A DNA stretch of 64,000 bases from Lepidodermella squamata (GCA_047495785.1 JBLDXI010000007.1:3596001-3660000), one strand, 5' to 3'. Positions 34,230 through 48,069 are shown, counted from the first letter of the stretch. Program-made: numbers and translations. Notes: generated by a model from the letters alone, not told the origin.

Positions 34230-34526
34230 AAAAATTTGAAAAATTAGTTTATCCACGCTGAGAAATGTCTCTATCCAATGATATAAAATTTGTTTGCTAA
34301 ATAATTCATTTCGATTTTCCGATTTTTTTTTGGCTGTGCATATTGGACTTTGTATTCTCTCAAAGCGTTTCTTTGTTCATTTTCGAACTATTTTCGGAAA
34401 TGTTGATTTTTTCGAGCTAAGAAAAAATCGGAAAATCGAAATAAATTATTTATCAAACAAATTTTATATCGTCTATTGTTAGATAGAGAAATTTCTCAAC
34501 GTGGATAAACTAATTTTTAAAATTTT
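34230..34526. mobile_element. Foldback MITE with ~100-bp inverted arms
   Basis: aattagtttatccacgctgagaaat...ttttccgatttttt is inverted relative to aaaaaatcggaaaa...atttctcaacgtggataaactaatt. Confidence 0.75.
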
Positions 34527-36560
34527 TCAAAATTTTTTTGAAAGAAAATCATCCTTCAGGCAAATATATACCCATTTATCCTTCATGTCTTCCATAAACT
34601 ATATTATATATAATATATAATTTCGTCGTTTATTGTGCATCTAAAATATGTCATATATAATGTAGATTTTTATGTGATGTCAACTTTACATAGACCCAGC
34701 CCATGCAATGTCGACTTTACACGTTTAATGTTGATATTGGATATTTAGAGATAACTTTAAATGGCATTTAAATCAGTGAGAGAAGTAGCGGGGAGACTGG
34801 GAGTACGGTACTCCCAGTTCGACCGGCTTCGCTCGCGCCTACATCCCTCTTTCTGATCCTGTTTAGCTTCCTCAGTTGTTACCAAGTTTTAAGTTGGGCT
34901 GGCCGAGATTTTAATGTTTCTCTTAAGCCTGCGTCTAATAAAAACACTACAAATTGTTAGAATGAGGCTGTGCAGAAGCACGCGAGAATAGTGAGTCATT
35001 ATTAGCTATTGAGCTCCTCCAGGTCGAAAATTCACAAATATATCGCCAACTTAAGCCCGCTTCGCTCGCAGGTGACTCAAAGAGCTGTAGATTCAGCTCA
35101 GCTGTCATTTCTCCACGGTTACGAACTAAAAAATACGCGAATTCTCTCAAAAAAGCGCGTTAACGCGCGATTTATAGGCAGCCAACACTCTGTGAGCGAG
35201 CGCGAGCGGTAGATTTCTGACTATATGCTTGGTGAATGGCCGAGGTATCCCTACTTCGAACACTGATTTGAATGAAAACAGCTATGTAATGTGAGCCAGA
35301 TGGTGTTTTTGAGTGATTACGCTTAACATATGTTAAATATATCATATTACAGTATTATACTCTAAATCGTTGTTTGGGTGTTGTTTGCTTCATAATGACG
35401 AGAAACCACGTGTCGTGTGTCGGCAGATAGGTAGGTGACATTTGGATGTGCGTGACTGAAGTGCAATATCTGGAACAAATATTTCATGGCGAACAAAATC
35501 GAAAAATTTGTTTGGGCGCTAACTCGTAGTTGGTTTCCAAACAAGAATCACCCCAGTTATAAACAATATAACTTCTTTAGACTGATCAATTGCTTCAGAT
35601 GACGAAATTAATCAGTCGGAGCTAAGATCATTATCTTGAACCTGGAAGGTTCAGCAAATGTTTCAGCTGCCAACTATTTGTCGGTTTTTGGCGCTTGAAC
35701 TTCGGGACAGCTTTCTTATATCTCTATCAACCCACTGAGTTAGGAATTTAATCAGTGAGCAACCTTTTTAGGCTACAGGAGAAAGTATTCGGAGTTTCTA
35801 TATATTGTCAATTATTGTCCTCAGCGATATCTTATATCTCCATCTTGGGCATATTGCCTCATGGGTTATCCCAGTTGCCTTATGGGAGGATCGCTTAAAA
35901 CGGTACGACATATAGTACACACCTCTAAGAAATGCAATTTTGGGAGAAAGAAATATGAAGCAATAAAGTAATAAAAAATAAAAAATGCTAATTACCTTCG
36001 ATAGCTGGGAGAATTCTGCTATTGCTATCGGATTCCCCGTACAAAGTTTACCCCTCAAAGATTTCTAAGGGGGATTTTGTCACCGAAGGAAGCGGTTTTC
36101 TTGATTTGGATCAACAATTAAAATTTTGAAATTAAGATGGGACAGATTAATTTAGCAGGAAGTAAAAGTAGGTCTTGATAGCTTTCTTATTATAACGAAT
36201 ATCCATGAGAAAATTGAAGGACTGGGGTGAAATTTTACGCTGATCACAATGGTAACATTCGTTTCCTCGCAAATAATTGCATTAATCATCGATTATGGAT
36301 TATGGATAGTGGTTTTAAATAATCGATTGATTTTTATTTTTATTTTTATTATTTTTTTTAATAATGAATTACAGTTTTCAGGGGATTGAAAGTGTTTAGC
36401 AATCAAACCGAATAGGAAAATAAAAAGAGTAGGAATAATGTGCAAAAAGTGCATCGTAGAATCCTAAAACCAGTTAAGTATCGCCGTGAAACCCGTAAAA
36501 TCGATAGAAAAAGGCAAATAATCGAAAAAAATTGTCGATTATCCAGTCCGACTCGATTCG

Positions 36561-37132
36561 ATTCCGTAATAGCTTCATATACCCGTTATTACCGCCCGTC
36601 CCGTTTACAACCCCCCTTTTTAAGCCCTTTGAAAAATTAAAGCCTCATACTCTACCTACCCGGGACCTAAATTCAAATTCAAACTTTGAAAATCGCATTC
36701 TAAAATAATAGCGCCTATCGTTTTGTAATTCCATTTCTGAGGCGTTTGATGGGCTTGTTTGATAGAAAATGGCGAAACATAGCCGAGTGAGAGAAGTTCA
36801 GCAACGAAAATTGCCAAAGTAGCTGTCGATTTCCTAGCATTCATGATTTGAAGAAAACTAACATTTTAAAATTTCAATAATTTGCATGGCTGAAAAAATG
36901 GCTGAAAACTCGCAATCGAACGACGACGTTCTCGATTTTGGTGAAAAGCTGTTGACTTTACAAGCTGTAGTTCAAAAATTATCAATTTATTCTTATTTTT
37001 ACTCAATTTTAACACTTGAAAACTTGCTTTGAAACAATAAAGCCGCATGCTCGCAATTGTAACACGTCCCGTTTACAACCCCCGTTTTTCGAGGCTTTGA
37101 AATTACAATGCCCCCTGAAGCTAATACGGAAT
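36561..37132. mobile_element. Non-autonomous DNA transposon
   Basis: TIR attccgtaatagcttca / tgaagctaatacggaat (16 of 17 match); internal repeat cgtcccgtttacaacccc near both ends. Confidence 0.7.
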
Positions 37133-37857
37133 ATACGGTAATCGCGATTCTCCCCAAGGCAATTCGATTAATATTCGATTCGATTTAATGACGATTAATC
37201 ATGATTATCAAAAAATCGCAGCGCATCACTATCTAGTGATAGACCGAATAGCCCCCCGTTGACAAAAGTATGCATCTGATCGGGGAGTTTTAAATTTGTC
37301 AAGGTTCCTAAGCGTCAGTAGATTTAGAAGATATTGGCCGTGAGCCTCGCGATGATCTATTCCGTTCCAATGCAACACAGAGGCTTTCTTGAGTTAAACT
37401 TACACCTAAAAGGTGAGCCGACAGCTTCAGAACCGTTTACTCTTCGACCTCTACTTTTCACGGAATAAGTGTCATCTGTCCATGCAAAATGTTATCAACT
37501 TTGACTCGATAGTTTTTGAGTTAGCCTCAATATACTAATTGATCAAACTTTTCACCGAATAGCCCCGTATCCTGCGATAGCCCCGAATGACGGTATTTAA
37601 ATCCTGAAATTTCAAAATTGTAAAATTTAACCAAGTTTAACGACTTACCGACTGAACTAGTTTGTTGAATCTTATTTCGGTGACTGCTCGGGCTAGCTTG
37701 AGCTGTTCCATAGCTCAACAGTGGTTTTTACCGAAAGAAAATGCTAACATACCAGGTACCACGGCGTCTACCCTCGACACCTAAACCCACCAGAGATGCG
37801 TCCCTGGTACTACCCTCGTCGTCCCTGGCGTCCCTGGCGCTACTTTCCTCGCTGCGC

Positions 37858-37942
37858 TGTAACGCCGAAGGTTTAAGTTGTGGAACAGCCAACGCGGAGA
37901 TTGTGAGTCGGTCGCCTGCCTAACCCGGCGATGTTGCTGTAA
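37858..37942 (+). pseudogene. 3' remnant of the small secreted protein gene (unit 3)
   Basis: Matches ~24275-24358, followed by homologous 3' UTR. Confidence 0.8.
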
Positions 37943-38035
37943 AATTTGATGAAAGTTTGGTCGGGGACTAGGTGTATTGTTGCTTATTACGGCAACGAAC
38001 TCACCCGGTGCACAATTATCTCTGTTTGAAGTTAT

Positions 38036-39741
38036 GGTAGTGCCACCTTTCCTCAACCGCCTTTCCTCATCATGCTATTTCCTCAACGTATTGTTTACAC
38101 AACATCTGCGCCACTCAACCGCGTTCGCAGTGAGGCTCGGCAGTGGGCGCGCGACGTGTGCGCGACGCGTGTCCAGAGCTTGTAAAACAGGTGACATTTA
38201 CTAACACGTCCGTAACCAAATCACCTTACTTAAGAGTCATTCAGCTACTTAGAACTATTTACGGTTGTTGAGATTGTTGAGAGCTAAAATTTCGCAGCAA
38301 AACGCCCAAGTCTAAATTATCAACCTGAAATGAGCCCGCGCGCTGATGTCAATACTTATCGATTATCATGACGGCTTTTTTGATATACTTACATCAAATA
38401 TAGCATTCGTTTCAAAAATATAGATCGAGTACTCATGCTCATGCAATATTTTTTGATACAGCACTCGTAAATCGTTTATATCTGAACTTGCCGTACTCGA
38501 TTTACTCATCTCCACTCGTCTGCGACTCGTTCCGATTCGTAAATCTCGGCCGGCTCCGTTCAGATATAGACTCTTTACTCGTGCTATATCATACAAATAT
38601 AGAATTGCATTAAAAAATATACCGTCAACTGGGGTGACTTTACCCAGTGGGGTCACTTTGACGTACCAAAATGGGGCGACTTTGGCGTACCTAAAGTCGA
38701 AGATGGTAAGGTAAATACCCCACGAGTGGGGTACCGTTGGATAGCCTGGAAAAATGCTGTCTGAAAATGGCATACGATTTCCATTTTGATCGCAGACGTC
38801 TTCAAATTGGACAGTCACCAAATTTTTAATAAAAATATAAATTTTTCGAAGATTTCCCAGAACTTCACCTGCTATTCTACTCTGTTATATTCGCCGTACT
38901 CGATTTACTCATCGACTCCACTCGTCTTCGACTCGCTCCGATTCGTAAATCTCGGCCGGCTCCGTTCAGATATAGACTGATTACCCGGGCTTTCATATAT
39001 ACAAATATCAGACAAATATTAAATTCAAATAATTTATGTTTAATTTTACCCGTGTAAATTTTTCGAAACGTTTTAAGCGGGCGGCGCCTATTGCGAATTT
39101 TTGCGCCTTGATAACTTTTTAACGGTGAGGAATTTAAAGAATTATTTTGATACCGTACAGCCTCAAATAAATTTCAGGGTAATAGGGGTGTTTCGAGGGA
39201 TATTTAGGACGTGAGCTCGTAAACTTTGGTCGTTGGGTAGAGCACTCGAAAGTTATATATTTCATGGTTTTTATTTAAGGCAGTGCGGTATTCGGCTTCA
39301 GCGAGGGAATACTTTTTTGTGCGGGTGTGATTGTGCGTTGGTTGTGTTGACGCGCGCGCCCAGCCTCTTGCTTTCATTCGACTTATTCGAGTTGCAGAGC
39401 GTCGAGCGAGTGCCTGCGGCAAAATTTTAGGGAAGAAGATAGAGAGACCAACAAGGCTTTGGCAAGGCTAAGGAACACTAGTTAGCCACATTTTTCGCGG
39501 AATTGACACTCGACTTCAGGTCCTTATACGCGTTAAGCGCACTCAACGTCCTATCGAATTCATTGACTCGCGTTGGTCCAAATTCAAGCAAATATCCAAA
39601 TTTGCATTGACGATAGACGCTAATCCTACTTAATCCCACTTAATCCCACTAAGATGTTGAGCTAAGTACAGGTTGAGTAAATGCGTTTTGTGCAGTAAAT
39701 ATATGGTTGAGGAAAGGCGGTTGAGAAAAGGATGGCAAACA
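38036..39741. mobile_element. Non-autonomous DNA transposon (possibly Merlin-like) in the unit-3 intergenic region
   Basis: Inverted ends containing cctttcctcaaccgcctttcctca; flanked by near-TSD gaagttat/gaagtttt; empty site present in unit 1 (~24453); internal ~85-bp direct repeat at 38490 and 38893. Confidence 0.65.
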
Positions 39742-39939
39742 GAAGTTTTAAATAAAGGATACGTCAAAACATTGCTTTATTGCGAAAACAGGGCAGAACA
39801 CTATCTTGAATAAAATGTTTGAAAACTTGACATTTCAAATATATCAAAATTTGTTCCGCACTAGTGCAGCATGGTGCGAAACGGATGCCAAACAGGTGAC
39901 GAATTGGCGCCGGATGATGTACTAAAGAATTGGAAAGTC

Positions 39940-41022
39940 TTAAATGGCAAGGAGTGACTTTTGTAGGGGGGTCATGTTTTCGTATTCCTTGTAGGGTACG
40001 AGCCTTTCATCAATCCCTCTTCGCGGAACATCAAAGGCTACGCTACTGCAGAATATCGTCACCGGATACGGGTAGTGACTTGTCGTTCGATGACCGCGAT
40101 AAGCCTTTCGTCGCTCTTTTATGTCGGCCTCATTCAAGCCACGACAGGAATAGCCCTCGTGCTTCTTGGCCACTTTCGGGAACATGCAGACGTAGTAGAC
40201 CAATCGATTCCTTGGCTGGTCACGAGGCAACCTCGGGCCGGTTCCGAAGTGGAAAGTTCGACTGTCCCATAGAACGAATACTCCCTTCGGCGGGCAGACA
40301 TAGCGCCATTTGCATCCCTTCTCCTTCATCAAGAAGTCCAACTCCTCTCTAGAAGCAAGGTGCCAATCGTCGGCAATCTCAGGATCGTTAATTTCATATC
40401 TAGAGATGAATCGCTTTCTGATCTCTTCATGGTAGACATGCGAACCCTCAAGTACGGACAAACAGCCGTCATTCGGCCCGCATTCTTCGAGGTTGTACAA
40501 GCCCTGAACGCAACGAGGCTCGTGATGCAAGATTCGCTGGTCTGTGTGAAATCCTTCCCGTTGCCTGCCATCGTAATGACCTTGTATGGGGCTGAAATTC
40601 TCCGGCGCTATATTAAAGGAAATGCCATCCATGGACGTGACTAATTCCATCACGTCAACTCCCCACAAATGGGCGAAAATCGGGGCAGCTGCTTCTCTAG
40701 CAGCCCAGACGCTAGGCAAATGGGAGAAACTCGGGTAGTGCAGCAGCATGTGGTTATACGGAGCAAGACGGCGCAAATAGTTTATGTAAGTTGCCGGGTC
40801 ATTTCGGTTAATTTTGTCGCGATCATTATCCACAATTACGCGCTCCAATGCGTCCCAAACATCGGCTTGAGCTGCTTGGCAGAACGTTTCCGGGAGTCGA
40901 TAGCCATCGACTATTGCGAAACCCTGCTTGGCTAGAGTTTCATGGATCTTGTCCAGGGGTGTCAATTCGAAATAAGGCGTGCCTCTGGCGGTTTCATCCA
41001 TAGGCATTCTTGACCTCAGCAT
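39940..41022 (-). CDS. PhyH-family dioxygenase, copy 3
   Basis: Intact 360-aa paralog. Confidence 0.88.
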   Translation of the reverse strand: MLRSRMPMDETARGTPYFELTPLDKIHETLAKQGFAIVDGYRLPETFCQAAQADVWDALERVIVDNDRDKINRNDPATYINYLRRLAPYNHMLLHYPSFSHLPSVWAAREAAAPIFAHLWGVDVMELVTSMDGISFNIAPENFSPIQGHYDGRQREGFHTDQRILHHEPRCVQGLYNLEECGPNDGCLSVLEGSHVYHEEIRKRFISRYEINDPEIADDWHLASREELDFLMKEKGCKWRYVCPPKGVFVLWDSRTFHFGTGPRLPRDQPRNRLVYYVCMFPKVAKKHEGYSCRGLNEADIKERRKAYRGHRTTSHYPYPVTIFCSSVAFDVPRRGIDERLVPYKEYENMTPLQKSLLAI

Positions 41023-41786
41023 GGTTTGTAATAAGTAAACTACCGAATAATTTATCTTATCTAGTTTCCGCCTATCAAGTCCAATGCGAAAAGTTATGAA
41101 TGGCTAGAGAGGCTTGTAGAATGAGTAGTAAAACGTATTTTTCACGAAAAATCGATATTCAAGGCTTTTTTATTGATCGAATGATAATAATGTCACAGAG
41201 CAAGACAAGAACAGACAAATTTAGCACTACGTGATGGATGGATGAGTTGACCGGATTTCAAAGAAATATAAAAGGTCCGAAATATCATCCATATAAACCC
41301 ATATACCCTTCATGTCTTCAATTAACCATATAGAACATAATATATAATTTTAAAGATCAATAATATACAGAATAACAAGTATATAATATAAAATAAAATA
41401 TAAAATAATGATATCATGACCTTTCGGATGGACTTTTTAGGTGAAAAGACGGAGAAAGCTTATTACATCCAGTTTCCGCTTACTTCTTTTCTTGGGTTTT
41501 ATGCGTTCATTTTTTGTGTTCAACCACCGCACTACTTCCTATGATTCATGACTAGGCAAAGAAGGAGCCACGTTGAAAAAGCATGGAGAATCGGCATACA
41601 GCATACATATGTTGCTACGGCAGCCAAGGTTTAGCTTTAGGTTTTCATGCAGATGCCCAGCGTAAAAACGCAAGCCGTGTGTTACGTATAGCGATGATTT
41701 TGCGCTAAAGGCGACCAGCGAGAAAAAAATTCCTATACAGAGTACTGCGCACAATGAGAAGTACTACGCGCGCATAATATTAAAAG

Positions 41787-41971
41787 ATATCGTTAGCGAC
41801 GTTGAATAACTCGGATTTAGGCTTGTTTACATCCGTTTCAAAGTCACGGGTGACAAGTAATAAGCGGTTTTTTAAAATGTGAATGAAGAGGCAAAAACAA
41901 AAGACTTTTTACTTGTCACCTATGGAAGTAAACAAGCCTAAATCCGAGTTATTCAACGTCGCTAACGATAT
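41787..41971. mobile_element. Palindromic MITE
   Basis: Perfect ~44-bp TIR atatcgttagcgacgttgaataactcggatttaggcttgtttac; the same terminus recurs at 50741. Confidence 0.85.
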
Positions 41972-42234
41972 ACTTATAGCCCGCAGCCCGCATTCTGGGC
42001 GAAAACAATGAATGTACTGGACAAATGACCAACAAATATAATGCGCTTTTGTGGATGTTACCATGAAATCTTCTGCTTACCTGGTAGAGAACTGAAAAAG
42101 TATTAGCAAATCGATAGAAAAGCATGTGTAACCGTGGGTTTTTCACCGCTGCGCGACCCGAAAGCGGTCTGAAAGCGCAAAAACCTTGGAAATATGCACC
42201 CACTGGCGTCTTTAGCGGCGTTTCTGCGAGGAAG

Positions 42235-42830
42235 AAAATGGGTTCACCCACAGTTTTTTCACATTCCCCAGCTGAGCACATGGAGAGCTTATTAGGGAAG
42301 TAAGAAATAGCCAGTTAATATGGAGGTCATCCACGGCTTTTCAGTCTTTTCCCTCCCGGCTTATAAATCGAGGAAAACGCGAAAATTGTGTGTTTTTAGT
42401 CGCTCTTATCTAGAAAACACCCATGGTTGCACCATAGCTTTTTGTAGTCAAATAGGAGAAGGCACTAGGAGGAATGAGGAATGTTTTAACAGGGAAAACA
42501 GCAAGAATCACCCCAACTTATTCACGACTTTTTCGTCCTGATTAGCACTCACTACGTCACACCCAACACCTAGAAAAAGCATAGCCTGGCGTCTTTTGGG
42601 GCATTGTCGCAAGAAAAAGCATGGGTTCAACCACAGTTTTTTCGCGTCCTTTAGTAGAGCACAACAAGATCTTACTCAGGAAGTAAGAAATTGCCAGTAA
42701 ATGCGGTGTTTATCCACGGCTTTTCAGTCTTTTCCCTCCACTTCCGAATCAAGTTCGAATGGTTGAAACAGTGAGCATTTTGCACCTTTCATCGCACTTA
42801 TCTCGAAAAAACCCATGGCTGCATCCACGA
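42235..42830 (+). repeat. Imperfect ~200-bp internal direct repeat within a probable DNA transposon
   Basis: atgggttca.ccacagtttttt...ggaagtaagaaat.gccagt...atccacggctttt.cagtcttttccctcc occurs twice. Confidence 0.6.
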
Positions 42831-43763
42831 CGTTTTCGCCCTGATGGGCAATCCCATTTCAAGCTCAAAATCGAGCTTCAAAACTGGGCTATTCCGAGAC
42901 CTTACACAGCAGAGCCCTTATTTCACTTGTAACAAGTTGAATGAAGCGCATACTTCTGATAAAATAGCAAATATGCTGGTGCTACCATGATTTGCGCTAT
43001 CAATTCGGTCCCAGACCGCGGTAACAAGACGGTTGAGGTAAGGAGTCATACGATTTTAATCTCTCGATAAAGTCATGGTATCTATGGAATGACGAATGAA
43101 AGATGCAGTTTCGATCATTTTCATCAACGGTAATTACTTCCTTATATCTGGTATGTTGTTTCTTTTCGTATTCACAAAAACTTCCATGCAAGTTAACAAC
43201 TTGATTTTGCTCATTCCTTTTGCGAATGCTCCTTATGGAGCGCTGATTGCTGGGCTCAACTTGGCTTTTGTTATCCTTTCATTTGTAGGGTGTAGGGTGG
43301 AGTGTGGTTCGGAAGTGCAGGAAGCCGTGGATAATAACGATTTGAATCAGCATTTCACCTCCAAAGAAAGATTCCCTTGTTCCCCTAATGTAAGGAAATG
43401 AGACAAAACTTGGCTTACATAGTCTGAGTGATAGAGGAAAAGAAAAATCGCCGACAGCGCCATCTGCTTCATCATGACGGTGTATTGTGTTTTGTATTCA
43501 AGAGAATCAGCTGGAGTGAATACTTTTGCAACGATCGATCGAAACGTATTCAAGTCGGATTAGTGGTTGTTATAGAAAGAAACGATGTTTCTTGAAAGCT
43601 CCGTCGACTGGTCGGTCGACGGTAAGTGGGTCAATCGCACAATAGAGGCCGACGAGGGACACGCAAGAAATCGTTTGTGTTGTGCAGTAATGTAGCTTAA
43701 CGACAGCATTCTCTTCCGCACTGGTCAGGCTAGAGATAAATGGCCATCCGTCGCGGTTTGTTT

Positions 43764-45047
43764 TTTTTACGGACGGTAAACATCAGCCAAATTCATTAAA
43801 TTGACTGGCCTGTGGTCTGAGAAGAGCGATAGTTTCAAGTGCCGCAGTCCCTCGGGATAACTTCTCCCGTTGGCGCTAAAACGTGATGGAGTGCCATCTA
43901 ATGTGGCTAAAATCCTTGCTTTTTAGGCATTTCACTCAACGCTGCACTCAACTCAACTTTCCAAACCGCGGAAACCCTTGATCCGTCATTTTCCCATATT
44001 TTTCAAATGCGTCTATCGCGTTCTATTGTTGTTGGCGACGCCCACCGTCAACTTTTGTTTCCTGTTCAAAGAACGAACTAGCTTGCAAGTGCCTTTAGAT
44101 AGGAAGCATCATCTTGTGGTAGCTGAGTTTGTGACCAATGTATGTAAGTTGGGTAGGTTACATTTGGTTAGGACCAGAGGGCAGACTCCCGTAGCCCGAT
44201 ACCTCCACGCCCATCTCCTTTTGGTTCGATGTTGTGCCCATTTTAAGCACAGGGGCCCCGCCAAGGCAGGAGACGGCGGTCACTGGTAAACCAAGACCAA
44301 GTCTCCCAATTCGCTGGTAGCTAGTTAGCTATAAAGCTTTTCTAGACGATCGTTTTGCACTCGCCGAGAGTCCGCTTTCGACGACAGCAGGGCTTACGCG
44401 ACGCGACCCAACATGAGCCGTGAATTATGTTGCCCGCTTCCGCCACGGGGAGGCCGTTGTCGCTTGAACAGCAGTCAGCTCCAAGATCTAACAACTCATT
44501 TGGGTAATTTTGCCAATATTAGCAGTGTGGACGTTGAGCTCAGGGGATGGAAGGTTTTAGCGAACTGAATCGTTCAACCAAACAATGGCTGCAACTCGAA
44601 GGCGAGAGAATTGGCCGGTGGTTAGTAGTACGGCCGCGCATAGCAAATATGCTGGTGCTCCCATGATTTGCGCTATCAATTCGGTCCCAGACCGCGGTAA
44701 CAAGACGGTTGAGGTAAGGAGTTATCCGATGCAATCGCCTTCGAGTTGCAACAAAAGTTGACGGTGGGCGTCGCCAACAACAATAGAACGCGATAGACGC
44801 ATTTGAAAAATATGGGAAAATGACGGATCAAGGGTTTCCGCGGTTTGGAAAGTTGAGTTGAGTGCAGCGTTGAGTGAAATGCCTAAAAAGCAAGGATTTT
44901 AGCCACATTAGATGGCACTCCATCACGTTTTAGCGCCAACGGGAGAAGTTATCCCGAGGGACTGCGGCACTTGAAACTATCGCTCTTCTCAGACCACAGG
45001 CCAGTCAATTTAATGAATTTGGCTGATGTTTACCGTCCGTAAAAAGT
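43764..45047. repeat. ~296-bp inverted duplication (43764-44059 / 44750-45047) with ~690-bp spacer
   Basis: Arms look identical by eye; additional ~83-bp direct repeat (42964 / 44640) and 16-bp inverted repeat (44590 / 44735). Confidence 0.9.
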
Positions 45048-47162
45048 ATAGCACATGCAAAATAATCTGTCATGTCGAACTCTCTAGACTCGAAAGTCGA
45101 ACAGCTGTGGCCGGAACGGTGGACACGTGCCACAGTGTAAACACATCTGTTATGTCGAATGAAGTTTCAAAGTTTAGGTTCACTATGCCGTTTTCTTCTC
45201 TCAAAGATATTTAAATGCCCGAAAATGCCCGAGCTCTCCTTGCAAGATAAAATGAATGTTTTGGAGATGATCGATCAAGGCGTAAAATATTCGAACATCA
45301 CAGAAAAATTCAAAATCTCGGCGTCAACTATTTCAAAAATTAAAAAAGACCGCGACAAGCTTCAAGTACTCTACCTGAATTCGCTTACTGTGAGAGCCGA
45401 CGGTTCCATTGATGACACGAAGTCGAGAAGTCGCGCGATTCGAGATTGCAAATACGGCGTAATTAACGCGATGCTTCTAAATTTCCTAATTCTATGCCGC
45501 TCGAAAAATATCGCCCTAGACGGTCCAATCCTGCAATCGAAAGCGAAATTTTTTGCGGATTCCCTTGGTTACGGCGATTTTTCGGCGAGCAACGGCTGGT
45601 TGCGTAGTTGGCTCGATAGAGAGGGAATTTCTCTAAAAGAATTGAGTGGTGAGTCAGCTGAGGTGTCGAAAGAAACTATCGCGACTTGGCTGCTCAAAAT
45701 ACCCACATTAATCGCCGGCTACGCTCTAGCGGACGTATTTAATTGCGACGAAACTGGTGAGTTTTTAAAATTTAAAATTTTTAAAATTTTTAAATATTTT
45801 TGAAATTTTCCAGGATTTTTTTTCCGCCAATTACCCAATTACCGGTCGTTTGTTCTTGGCGATGACGCGTGCAAGGGCGTTAAAGTGGCCAAAGAGCGCG
45901 TGAGTGTCTTGTTCACGTGCAGTGCGCTGGGCGAGAAATTAAAGCCACTTGTTATCGGTAAGTAAACAAAACCTCGCGCACACGCTTGATCTTATGTAAA
46001 CAAAACAGGTCACGCCGAGTATCCTCGCGCATTTAAAAGCAACAACGTGCCGCGTAACCTACGTAACCTACCTGTGACGTGGCGCTCGAACAAAAAGGCG
46101 TGGATGACGGCGGAAATTTTTGAAGAATGGCTCAATGATTTAAACGCGGCGATGAAGAAGAAAAACCGCAAGATTTTATTGCTACTGGACAATTGCAGCA
46201 GCCACAAGGAGATGAAATTGTCGAATATCAAAATGGTTTTCCTTCCACCGAATACGACGAGTGAGATCAAGCCGCTGGATCAAGGCATTATCTATACAGT
46301 CAAACTTCATTTTCGTCAATATTTGATGCAGCGGCTGGTGTCAACAATCGACAAATTTCAAACCGCGTCCGAGTTTGCGAAGGCAGTCACTGTTTATGAC
46401 GCGATTCAATGGATTAATGCCTCTTGGAATCGGAGTCAAGGCGGAGACATGCATCAAATGTTATGCGAAGTCCGGCATTTCGCCTATGACCCAGATCGAT
46501 TTTGCCGAGGACGACGATGATTTGCCGCTTTCGCAGCTAATTGTTGGCCTGGACAAGCTACCGCCAGCGTGTTGAATTGGAAAAAGGCGCCCCGGTGCAC
46601 TACGAGCCTGAGGGTGTCAGTGTCGACGAAATTGCCAAATTCGTCCTTGAGCGCCGCCAGGAAGAAGATCAAGATGCAACAACTCGCGCTTTAGGGGAAC
46701 TGAACATCGAGGAAGAATCTCAGGATTCCGAGCCGACTCCTGAACCGCCAACTGTCGACATGGCGCTGGAACCTTGTTCAACAGTTCGCCAATCACGCTG
46801 GCGACAACTCAATCAATAGACAACTGTCCAATATGTGCTCCTCCTCAAAAAATCAAGTGTCCAATATGTGAAAATCAACTGTCCATTATGTAAAATTATG
46901 TAAACATATAATTACATATAGCCCTAACATATACTTGGCCTAGGGGTATATGCGCCAATTTAGCATTACTGATTTTTTTAAACCCGTCTGAAACTTCTTC
47001 ATTGGTTCAAATTTCGAGCAATTAGCTAGGAATCGATTATAGAATAAAAAATTAATAAACATTCGTGTGATTTTCTGTGTGGCTCTCTCTATGTCGAAAC
47101 TCTCTGTATGTCGAATTTTTTTTTTGGAACCGTAGGCGTTCGAGATATCAGGTTTTACTGTA
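45048..47162 (+). mobile_element. Tigger/pogo DNA transposon with intron-containing, frameshifted transposase (CDS from 45225)
   Basis: HTH ISASTISKIKK; CENP-B FSASNGWL; FNCDETG, KERVSV, LLLLDN, PPNTTS..KPLDQG; introns 45757-45813 and 45958-46008; +1 frameshift ~46430; right TIR (rc CAGTAAAACCTGATATCTCGAAC) followed by TA; left TIR lost. Confidence 0.9.
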
Positions 47163-48069
47163 TTTGATACAAAAAAACTGTAAAACGTGAGTTAAAAGTT
47201 AAAATTTAAAAGTTAAAAAGTGAGAAAACTCGAGTTTGAGTATATTGCGCACTCAATATTAGTCTTAATTAATGACGCACATATTCGTCTTTTTTACACC
47301 AGAGTTGCGTTGTTATGGTGCCCGGATAGTGCATCCCGCCCTAATTCCAGTCGCTTTTTAGATTTGCCTACTTTGCCATCCAAGTGAATTCTGGTACAAA
47401 GCCGCAAGCCAAACTCATGTTGAACTAGCGTCGAAGACGATTCCAGAGGACCGAGCCACCGCGCTTCAGTAACAAGTTGCTGATCTCGTCGTGACCTGGA
47501 GCCTTCCTCAAATCGCCGCCCTAAACTCGCCACGAGATACCTTGATTTCCATTGGGGCCGTCGGAAGGGGCTGAAATACATCAGGATGCTCGGCTACGTA
47601 CAGGGAAACTGCCCGATCGCAATAGTCACGTCATTTGCGAAAACGACAACTCAGAATAATTGTTGCGTATTTTTCTGAGCGACAAATCCGAATTAACTGC
47701 GATAACTAAGAATGCGACAATTTATATTTTGTTAGAATTATCATAATTTTATCTGCAGTAATTAAATTGTACCAGAGGTCGATCGCCGAATTCATCATTA
47801 AAAGCAGATTAAAAATGATGTTCGCTCGGATGTAAGTCTCGAACGAGCAGTGATATCTGATATCTCCTCGAACCGCTTTCAAAACCACAGCCCATAAAAT
47901 ACACCGATGTTTTCGTTGTAACAGCCAACGTAAAATACATAACAAATTAAAAATCGATTCAGCGGGTCTGATTTCATTTTCTTTACGGACTTTCTTTGTT
48001 GGCAAGAGCTCAGACGTCCAACGATGCCCAATATCCAGCAATTCAGACCAGACCGCATTCCAAAGACTT

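Noticed and set aside
43764-45047. Penelope pseudo-LTR or hammerhead retrozyme explanation for the inverted repeat
   Set aside because: No CTGATGA...GAAA core, RT or GIY-YIG motif seen
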